A stretch of 63,608 nucleotides of DNA, the filler included, from Pelomyxa schiedti (Eukaryota > Protista > Evosea): assembly GCA_020536535.1 (NCBI GenBank). It is 8 parts of 8 records of this genome, joined end to end, with 100 filler letters (N's around TTAATTAATTAA, not from the genome) between each part and the next. Parts side by side here need not be neighbours in the genome. Positions count along the whole stretch, not along the records: positions 41,321 to 58,203 come from JAHLWZ010001137.1; positions 58,304 to 61,369 come from JAHLWZ010001831.1; positions 61,470 to 62,478 come from JAHLWZ010003013.1; positions 62,579 to 63,608 come from JAHLWZ010002974.1; 4 more parts are not named here. One strand, given 5' to 3'. The notes under the pieces are model-generated. The model made no database searches, was not told where the DNA came from, and was given only the letters and a program-made list of their open reading frames with translations. How positions within the stretch are numbered: position 1 is the stretch's first letter; every line of letters starts with the position of its first letter. Of the stretch, positions 54,830 through 63,608 are shown piece by piece. The position numbers and the translations under genes were made by a program.

Positions 54830-57110
54830 CTCATCCAATTTCCGTTTTTTTGACACAACTCAACAGATTGTACCGTTCTGCAAAAGCTGTTAAATCGGAC
54901 TTCTCATGGCTTTTGCTGTTGGAGTCGTTTTGGCAGAGGTTCAGTGGCAGACTCCTTTGGAATTGGTGCTGCCTGTGAGGATGAAGGTTTGCGTTTACGT
55001 GGTTGGGGCTGAGGTACAGCTTGGGTTTGCCTTTTTTTGATAAGAGCCACAGCCTTTTTTGTAGTTTCAATGTTTCCAGTTCGTGTAGCCCAGTCAGTTA
55101 TGGCTTTCTTTCGTGCAGTTGCTGATGTCTTTCCTGCAAGCTGAAGCTCTGTATCAGTGATTTGTAGTTCAGCTTGTAATGCCACTAAAGAATCAAGAGA
55201 GAAATGAGAATGCCCCAGATAAGCTTCACATAGAATTAAAACTTTCTCATTGGACAGCATGTAAAACACCTTCAGTCAGTTGGAGAAGAGGTTCATAATT
55301 GGAACGGAAGGCTTTTGTTTTGTGTAGGTTGGTTGTCATTGCTGCTGTTTTTAATGGTTCCACTACATTCACTTGGTGTTTAAGCTTATCTTCTATGGTT
55401 AAATGATGTGCATTACAACTGCTTCTTGGTGATCATATCTATTAAACATACCCTCAACAATCTGTGTTGTGTGAGGTTGACTCCAGCACATGTACCGACG
55501 AAAGTTGTCAAGGGAGCCTCCCTCAGTTATTTTCTGCTGTGTGTACCAGAGCTTGAGTTCAAGCTTCCAAACAGACACTGAAGTTGGACTCCAGTTGTTA
55601 AAGAAAGCACAGATTGTGGCAGGAGGAGTGGCCACTAGCTTGAGCAAAAGTGGATTCTTCAACATATCCCCAGAGGGAGTATGCCCCTCAGCCACTGTCA
55701 CAATAGCCTCTGCAATTGACTGTGAGACCTCATCAGAAGGATGCCCCAATGAACTGCAGATCTGAGGGAACTCTAACCATCAGTCACCATGAATTGTAAT
55801 ACTAGCTTGGAATTCAGTGAGGAATTTTGTTGCCAGCTCAAGTGCTGTGTTGATGAGGTTGGGCTCTCCTGGAAAGTTTTCAGCTACACTTGTAAAGTAA
55901 GCATCCACATCTTTGAGAGTAACTGCAACTCGTTTTTTGAGTCGACATACTTCAGAGGCCATCAAATGAGCCTTAAACCCAGCAGGTAAGTTAATGTGTT
56001 TCCCTGATGGTAAAAACACAGGGGCTGTGGAAGCTTCCTCAGCCCACTTATAGGCAACATCAAAGATGGAGTGGGAGAAATCCAGTAAAATGAGCTGTTG
56101 AATCACCAAATAAGGATTTGCAAGCCATTTTTCCAAAGATGCAGCAGTACACTGTTTTACCCTTTTTGTGGATTTCCAGTTGTAGTAAATGTACCGAAGA
56201 AATGGACACAAGGCTTTGTGGTGTTCCAAAATTCAGGCAAAGCAACCTTCCAGATTTTTGAGTTCATTGCTTTGTGAGATAAAAACCAATAAGAGTACAA
56301 GAAGAACACTAATGATGGTGCAATGTCTTGGTTGACATGAAGTTGCCTTCTGATCTGATCTCCATAGCTCTTATCAAGTGCATTGACAAGGGCAAGATTG
56401 AGAACATGAAGCCAGCAGGAATTACATCTGTGTGAGTCGTTTCTGTGAACAGCTGGATGGCACCATTGAGTTCCCCTTGAACAACACTACAATTATCACC
56501 AATCACAGAATATGTTTGCAGGAATCTCACATTGATTTAAGGCTTTTTGAAGTTCCTCAGCTTCATTGCTACCAGTTTGATTAAGAACAATTGTGTCTAA
56601 CTAGCTTTAAAATCGAAATTAAAGAGGAAATGACTTGCCTGCAAGGAGTTTGCATACAGGAACATCCTCATGTTGATTCCAGTCCGAAATCAACACCATA
56701 ACAGGATGCTGAGCATCCCTTGTAGACTCATCAAAATATAAGTGAAAAGCTGGCACCTTCATCCAAGTTAAAACTAATTAGATTTTGAGATAACTACCTC
56801 TTGTATTGCTTGTTGCAATTCTTGCTGTTCTAAACTGCTGATGGCAGTGACCAGTTTAGTTATGGTTGTTGTACTTAAGAAGTCTTGTTTTGTAAAAAGA
56901 GCCTTTCAAGATCAGCTGAAAAAAAATTCAGATAAAAACCTCAGGCAAGTACATACAGCACATAATGCAATAACCTCAGGCATTTTGTTGATGCTCACAT
57001 GCAATGATAGATGGTATTTCCCAACCAGTTTTTTTTGAAAGGTCCTGGTGTTCTGTGCACATTTCCTTAACATAGAGCTTTTTGTGCATGCCCAGTCAAA
57101 TTGTGTCATG
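54830..57110 (-). mobile_element. Decayed hAT-like DDE transposase
   Basis: Ordered fragments LYFDEST (~56720-56745), IGDNCSVVQG..NGA and TTQIVEGMFN resemble the hAT D, D and E segments; interrupted by stops and frameshifts. Confidence 0.5.
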
Positions 57111-58656
57111 GTGTTGATTGTGGATCAAGTTTCCCTGTTCCAATGGCAAAAACAGGACCATAGCTCTGGGCCAAACTCAGTGCCACTGCATTAAAAGTGT
57201 AAACATCTGAAAGGTCCTGGTGTTTTGTGCACATTTCCTTAACATAGAGCTTTTTGTGCTATGTTTGCTTCAAGATCCCCACCCAAAAATGGCTTTCTTT
57301 GTTCACACATTTTTGGGTGGTTTCCTATTTACTTTTTAATAAGATTTTTAAACACCTGCAGTGTGCCCACCAGTACAAAGTCGATTATCACTTTTTCAGC
57401 TGACTAACACTACCACTAATTACACATCACATTCTCACTAAGGATTTTAGAGGAGATTAGGACGGAAGAGTTTATCACCTGCACTTGGCAAAAAATAAAA
57501 ACATAATAAACCAGGTGGTGTACCTGTTATAGTAGAATCCGCATTTCTTTCACCGACTAGTAGTACGCCAACACAGCCACAGCATCCCACCACCACCACC
57601 TCCACCGCCAACGCCACCATCACCAACACCATCACGCCCTCACCAGCACCCACACCTCCTCAATTTTCAGCAGAACATGTAGAATCGGCGTTCATGTCAC
57701 CCACTCCTGCGGCCACCAACACCATCATGCACATTACGGGAGCGGGGGGGCTACCCTCACCACCCCCGCAGGTTGTACCCACAGGCACAGGCATCATCAT
57801 CACCACCACCGCCACCGCCACCACCACCACCACTACTAGTACGTTGATGACACCGCCATCGCCATCACCACCAGGTGAATCCGCGTTCATGTTTCCAACA
57901 GCGCCACCACTACCATCGCCATCGCCACTACCGTTACAACCAACGGCACCACTGTTTGTTGTGACACAAACAGTTTCACCAACAGCACCTCCTTTACCAG
58001 TTATGCAACCACCAAGCACAAGTCCAACACCTGTTGCGTTATTACCAACAGCCCCGCCACTTGTCCCACAACAGGTGCTATCAACATCCCCCTTTTCAGC
58101 ACCCCAATTATCAGCACCAACAGGATCAACAACTTTAGTGCCGGCATCACCCACAACTCTGCAAGGACCGAACCCGTTTTTGCCAACATCGGTACCGGTA
58201 TCGNNNNNNNNNNNNNNNNNNNNNNNNNNNNNNNNNNNNNNNNNNNNTTAATTAATTAANNNNNNNNNNNNNNNNNNNNNNNNNNNNNNNNNNNNNNNNN
58301 NNNCCTGATAGGAGGGGTATCAGTGCCCCACCAAAATCCACAGCGCTGTTCTGTTGTGTGGAGTAGTAACTGTGTAAGAATCAAGCTTTGCACTGACGTG
58401 GCTTGCACCATTCCAATTTCTACTGCAACCTATTATTCCAATCAGAAGACCTCCTTTGGCCGGACCCTCTCTTATGCTTCCACACAAGCCTTTTGATTCC
58501 TAAAAATCTACAAAGGCACTTGTAGAAGAATTCGAATGGGTTCCTTCCCACAATCCCAACTGAGATACTTTTCATGTGTTTGTCCTTCCGCCCTGTCCGC
58601 ACAAATTTCCAAGGGTGGCTCACTTGATCATGGCAAAGCGGTAAAGGGGGCCGTAT

Positions 58657-58700
58657 CGACACTCTGAATGTTGAGGTGCCGGGTTCGAGTCCTGGCCGGC
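58657..58700 (+). ncRNA. 3' half of a tRNA-Gln(CTG)-like domain (anticodon arm, T arm, partial acceptor strand)
   Basis: CGACA-CTCTGAA-TGTTG; (G)CCGGG-TTCGAGT-CCTGG(C); CGGC. Confidence 0.7.
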
Positions 58701-58701
58701 A

Positions 58702-58770
58702 GCCACTTAGCTCAGTGGAAGAGCATCTAACTGCGGATTCGAAGGTCCTGGGTTCGATCCCCAGGGTGGC
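58702..58770 (+). tRNA. tRNA-like cloverleaf with anticodon GCG (Arg; body resembles tRNA-Cys), 6-bp acceptor
   Basis: GCCACT TA GCTC AGTGGAA GAGC A TCTAA CTGCGGA TTCGA AGGTC CTGGG TTCGATC CCCAG GGTGGC; one anticodon-stem mismatch. Confidence 0.65.
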
Positions 58771-58772
58771 AC

Positions 58773-58795
58773 GCCGTGGTGTAACTGGTCAGCAT
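58773..58795 (+). ncRNA. 5' half (acceptor strand + D arm) of a tRNA-Gln-like domain, lying downstream of its 3' half
   Basis: GCCG TG GTGT AACTGGTCA GCAT resembles the eukaryotic tRNA-Gln D arm; GCCG pairs with CGGC 58697-58700. Confidence 0.55.
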
Positions 58796-58846
58796 TTCAA
58801 ACGTGCTCCACTTGACTGCGCCTTCTCTATCCACCCGTCATTGATG

Positions 58847-58855
58847 TTTTTTTTT
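58847..58855 (+). terminator. T9 Pol III terminator of the tRNA-like unit
   Basis: First run of four or more T downstream of the unit's start. Confidence 0.55.
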
Positions 58856-58897
58856 CCCCCCTTTAAAACTTCCATTGTTCTGTAGTTACTAGAGTAA

Positions 58898-59570
58898 TCA
58901 ATGAAGAAAAGAACCATTGAGGGGAGGAAGGTAACACTGATCAGGGGATATCAGTGTAAATAGGAAGAGACCAGAGGTGGGATCCACCAAATGAACTTGG
59001 AGCCCTTCCACAATGATCAAGAAAGGCCCAGCTTGTTCAGGCTCAGCCATGGGCCTGTGCCCATTGCGCACAGGGAATGTGAGCTTCCTGGGGTCACAGT
59101 ATTCATCACAATCACGACTGAAGTTCCACACTTCCAACTGGTTGGAGGTATCAGGCCCTCTCCTCAGAATGAGGAAGTCTTCCATGACAAGATATCTTGA
59201 TATTTTTCTGCTGATGATCCTTGGAGAATAAGAAGTGACACTCAACTCCAAAAGGGCATGATCAACTTCAGCAACCACTCTCTTTGAACCCCAGAAGCAA
59301 TAGAACTTCGTAGGTGGTAGGTTTGGCCTGCAAATTGCAGTCACAGAATCAACAGGTACCATCACACCCTCCACACCTTCCACGGTTCCGTGTCTTGGGT
59401 TGTATCACAACGTGGCCCAGGCGCCACTTGTTGCCAACACACTGCCTGATGAGCGGCTGGTTTGTGTGGTACGACAGGAGCCCGGCCGCGCTGTCCCTCC
59501 CGCAACGAGGGTGCGACGCTGTGAGCAACGCCACAACCTGCTCCTCGAAGTTGATGTGGTTGCTGTCCAT
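58898..59570 (-). CDS. Lineage-specific hypothetical protein with an N-terminal ASHPRCG motif; frame break near 59385
   Basis: MDSNHINFEEQVVALLTASHPRCGRDSAA continues in another frame as ORF 58898-59383. Confidence 0.45.
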
Positions 59571-61469
59571 CACCCATCCTTCCCCCAACTGACTCATCCC
59601 CGAGGGAGAGATCATCATTTTCGCAGAATGATGAAGGAAAAAGAAACCCTCAGGTACGAATGGGACGGACAACGCCAAAAAACGCCTTGTATACAGGGTT
59701 TACTAACAATTCTGAAGTCCAATTGATCACAACGGGAAAAAAGAAACCGTGGGCACTTCTGAAAACTATATGCCAAGTTCATTATGAAGTTACAGAAGGT
59801 ACGGCGTGCTTATTTCCCACATTGCTGACACAAACAACAGAGGCTGCAGTATCTTTTGTTCCTTTTCAACTTTTCAACTGACATCAGCAGGGCAACACTG
59901 CAGAGAGTGCCCCTCAGATCAACTGTAACAACGGCATTGGTTGTTATTTCATTGCCGGCAAAGGATTGCACTGCTTACAACTCAGAGCGGAAGTATGGCA
60001 CCAACTGAAAGAGGTCTTCTTGCAGAGCCCTATCAAGGAATATATCAACCTAGAGTGACGATAAGTGTGTACACTAAAGGAAAGAAAATCACAATTGTGT
60101 TTACTTGACCATACTATACACGCATAGGATCTTGATTTATTATTATAATAACTAGGTCTCAACAACACCAGGGAGTGCACAGTTACTCACTAAATTGCTC
60201 CATACGATAATTGTATGGGATTCTTCTGGTGATTAAGCATAATGAAACATATGATCTTGACAATAGCTAGCTATAATCTTAATCTTCTTTCACAACATCA
60301 TCTCAAAATGATTTCAAGTTGTGGTTACACCCTTTAGATTCCGTTCCAATTCCCCGTGTGTTTTTCTCCCAACAACAAAACTATTGTCACACTACATTAA
60401 AAACGAAACCCTGCCCCAGAATTTTTTTTGATGGTTTTCGGTGTCTTAAAAAAGTACAGCCGGGCCACGTACGGACCAAAATTCGATTTTGTGTGCTGAT
60501 GATGATGATGTACTCACACTGGCCTTGCTTTTGCTGCTCACACTGTCACACACCACTGAGACGACTGCTGCATTTTTGCGCACCACGCACCCACCACACA
60601 CGCTCTCTGACTCTGAGAACACCACTATCACACCACACCGCACCGTGCCGCCCTGCCTATGCGCAGGCGCGGATGCTCATGTAGATATTGACCAGGGTAC
60701 TACACCGTGTGAGGGGTCGCCCGCCACAATGTAAATGAGTTGGGCTGTAGTGGAGGTTACACTGCTGGCACCACGACTGTGACACGAGGCGGTTGTTTGC
60801 CATTCTGCGGTCGCCGAAGCAAGATCTTGCTTGTGTTGTTGCGCTGGGTGTCGTAGATGGCGCAGGTATTGCATGTGTTGTTGTAGTTGGGTGTCGTAGA
60901 CTACGATGCCGCCGGTGACGTGAGGGGCAGCGTCGTAGCGACTCGGCAGCGGCATCGGCGGCGCCGCCGGTGTCGCTTTTGCCGGGCTCTCTGTGCCGCC
61001 CGTGGGTGCAGCACCTTTGGGTTTTTTTTTTGTTTTAAGAATCAGATTTCCGGCTCAGACTTTTCAGCAAAACGATCATAAAGGGGAAAGGGGAATTAGG
61101 GATGATGCCCTTTGTGCGGCCAAGTTGCCGTGCGGCGACGCCTGCTGTTCCCAACACCGCCGCCGCACTAGTTCCACAGAGGCGCCTGGTTTGGGCTCCC
61201 ATAACTCATGTTAGGCAAGGCGATACGATACAGACCCGATCCACCATCGACACAGGAATAAGAGACTTTGTATGGAGTAGAATAAAACGAGAAAAACCTG
61301 ACTTGCATGCCCTGCATGCCACGTTTTGATCATCAGAAAACAAAAAAACCAAACAACGGTTGGGTTGTTNNNNNNNNNNNNNNNNNNNNNNNNNNNNNNN
61401 NNNNNNNNNNNNNTTAATTAATTAANNNNNNNNNNNNNNNNNNNNNNNNNNNNNNNNNNNNNNNNNNNN

Positions 61470-61779
61470 GCCCAAACACTAATTAATCACTAACCACACA
61501 TCAAAGATACCTGCTGAAGTGGGAAACCTACATAATGATATTGACCTGGCCACATGGAAATTGTTGCTGAGACTATTCCCAGACATCAACAGGGATGTTG
61601 TCACTCAACACTTCATGGGTGTTGCCATTGCATCACCACTTCACTCTCAATTCAGCATCAACACCCTGGGTGTCACGCTCAATGACATTGCCCAGTTCTG
61701 TCAGGACAGCAGTGAAAAGGACAACTTTGGATTGAATGACACCAAACAGTGGTTGGAATGGGCAACTCGTAACCATTGA
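61470..61779 (+). CDS. C-terminal fragment of a hypothetical helical protein
   Basis: Open reading to TGA: LATWKLLLRLFPDINRDVV..DTKQWLEW. Confidence 0.4.
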
Positions 61780-61872
61780 ATAAATGAATAATAACCAATA
61801 TTACCTGGTGTGGTCCCACAAGACGGTAATACCACTTTGGTTCTAAGAAACGGTATCTTTTCATCGATTTCG

Positions 61873-62478
61873 ATGAACGAAGCCACGACCCCGACGCTCA
61901 ACAACGCCCAGCAACACGACACATCCCATGAGTCCAACACGAAGCAACGGATCTTGTGGGTGTCGCGTGTGTTGTGGGACCAAGTTATCGTGCCGTGGGT
62001 CCTCCGGCCAGCACTCGAAGCCGCCATCCCTTACAGGGCGGCCCTGGACCCCGAGGTGGTGTCGTGCGTGCTGCGGGTCGGGGAGGCCGCGTTCCCCCTC
62101 GTGGCCCTGTGCTGCCGCGCAGTCGCCCCGCGCCCCGACGCGCGGTACAGAACTCTCTACAGGACCACCGTGGAGGTCAGCGAGCACTACCGCGCCATCG
62201 AGGACGCCGCCGCCGCCAACTGCCCCCGCTGCGTCGCCTGGATAATCGCAGACAACAACAACCCCGGGAGGGTGGCCGGCACAGGGGGCGGGGGCGGGAG
62301 CGGGAGCGGGAGCGGGAGCAGGAGGAGGAGGAGGAGGCGTAAGGCCAAGGAGCAGATCGCGGTGATGACGGGGCTGTGCCGCGGGGGCCACCTGGGCACA
62401 GTGAAGGCGTTTGTTGACAGCTCAACGTTGCTCAGTGAGGAGCAGTCAGTCCAGATCGCCTGCAGCTCGTCAGAATCC
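61873..62478 (+). CDS. Hypothetical ankyrin-like family protein, N-terminal part
   Basis: GC-rich ORF with AAAANCPRCVAWII and GLCRGGHLGTVKAF (ankyrin-like) segments; cut by the scaffold end. Confidence 0.55.
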
Positions 62479-62578
62479 NNNNNNNNNNNNNNNNNNNNNN
62501 NNNNNNNNNNNNNNNNNNNNNNTTAATTAATTAANNNNNNNNNNNNNNNNNNNNNNNNNNNNNNNNNNNNNNNNNNNN

Positions 62579-62762
62579 CGCGAGGAGGCCGAGTCCAATT
62601 TCGGGCGATAGAGTACGGTGGGGGGCGGCGGGGGGTGAGGGGGGAACACGGGATCACCAACTCCCACACGATCTGCGAGACACCCACAATGCGCTCGTGG
62701 TAGTGGCGGTACTGCTCCCTTGTCGTACTATCGCCGTCCGTTGTAGTGACGTTACGTTTCAT
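62579..62762 (-). CDS. N-terminus of a paralog of the preceding family
   Basis: RIVGVSQIVWELVIP resembles RILWVSRVLWDQVIVP. Confidence 0.45.
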
Positions 62763-62971
62763 TTTTTCGTGTTAACGCGGGGATTCAAGGAAAGGCTGAT
62801 TTGATTACTTCAAATACAACGTGACTGTCATGTTTGACTACTGTTTAAAGCCTGACCCGAATTCTTGTTCTATCTACAAGCGTCGCAGTCACTCCTAAAA
62901 AGCGCATGAGAAAATAAAAGACTGCTTCCACGGATAAACTGAGGTTACTGAGGGGGTCAGTAGTTCATCAA

Positions 62972-63043
62972 GGCTCCGTAGTATAATGGTTAGTATGGGA
63001 GATTTTGGCTCTCTTGATCTCAGTTCGATTCTGAGCGGGGCCA
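62972..63043 (+). tRNA. tRNA-Gln(TTG)
   Basis: GGCTCCG/CGGGGCC acceptor, GGAGA-TTTTGGC-TCTCT anticodon arm, CTCAG-TTCGATT-CTGAG T arm, T-run downstream. Confidence 0.9.
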
Positions 63044-63163
63044 CTAACCTTTTTTAACTCGAGTTCCTTGTAGTATTGCGGGTGCACTAACCTTCCCTTC
63101 TCTCTGGGTTCTTGCGCCAGACGTGTGCTTTCGGGTTTGCCTATCTCTTACGGAAAAAAAGAC

Positions 63164-63245
63164 TGCGCCGGCTGGGATTCGAACCCAGGCTCCACAGGAA
63201 ATGCATCTTGAGTGCACCGCGTTAGACCAACTCCGCCACCGACGC
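63164..63245 (-). tRNA. tRNA-Leu(CAA)
   Basis: Reverse strand: GCGTCGG acceptor, GTGCA-CTCAAGA-TGCAT, long variable arm, CTGGG-TTCGAAT-CCCAG, T7 terminator. Confidence 0.92.
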
Positions 63246-63346
63246 TTTCAGATACTCGAAGAGTTCTGTTCCGGCTTTTCATTGACCTGGTTTTCCTTGG
63301 TTTTTGCTTCCTACTACTGTACGTTCTTCCTTCTGGTGTTCGAGAA

Positions 63347-63428
63347 GCAGGTATGGCCGAGAGGTCTAAGGCGGCTGATTTAAGCTCAGCTATCGTGAGA
63401 TGCGTGGGTTCGAACCCCACTGCCTGCA
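63347..63428 (+). tRNA. tRNA-Leu(TAA)
   Basis: GCAGGTA/TGCCTGC acceptor, GCTGA-TTTAAGC-TCAGC, long variable arm, GTGGG-TTCGAAC-CCCAC. Confidence 0.92.
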
Positions 63429-63608
63429 TTTCTTTGTTTTACTTTCTCCCTACTTTTTCCCGTTCTCAGTAGAATTGGAGTGGTGTTGGCATAGACAGCA
63501 GTGTCGACAAGTGATTCAAGCTGGTGAAGGTTGTGCCGTCATCGAGGTGACCCCCTGTGCGTGTGGCACCCGCGGCCTCCAGTAGTGCACACAGCTCTGG
63601 GTTGGCTT

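Noticed and set aside
62972-63428. Suppressor or recoding tRNAs
   Set aside because: Anticodons TTG, CAA and TAA are standard Gln/Leu, and apparent in-frame stops in genes are explained by introns.

Overview
Eukaryotic, intron-rich protist DNA. The window is eight unrelated scaffold pieces joined by artificial N44-TTAATTAATTAA-N44 spacers, with three further 100-N gaps. The gene families and short-intron style suggest an amoebozoan such as the archamoeba Pelomyxa, but that is inference only. Piece 1 (1-19330) carries a tandem family of PINK1-like kinase + helical domain + SEL1-repeat genes (two complete, one kinase-less, plus fragments), a DH-DH-PH RhoGEF and a duplicated ~230-nt rod-like structured element showing covariation. 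Piece 2 is a compact housekeeping block (TAF10, AP-1 gamma, VPS29, ArfGAP, SKP1). Piece 3 holds a degenerate Rab-like gene and a transposon relic. Piece 4 is an array of dual-kinase genes that use the same kinase module. Piece 5 carries a Bet1-like SNARE, a CHD remodeller with a C-terminal FYR domain, an EF-hand gene and a hAT-like fossil. Piece 6 contains the most unusual element: a ~240-nt Pol III-type unit in which a circularly permuted tRNA-Gln(CTG)-like domain is fused acceptor-to-acceptor with a second, nested tRNA. The last pieces hold lineage-specific family genes and three ordinary tRNAs. All structures and splice models were derived by eye; no searches were run.
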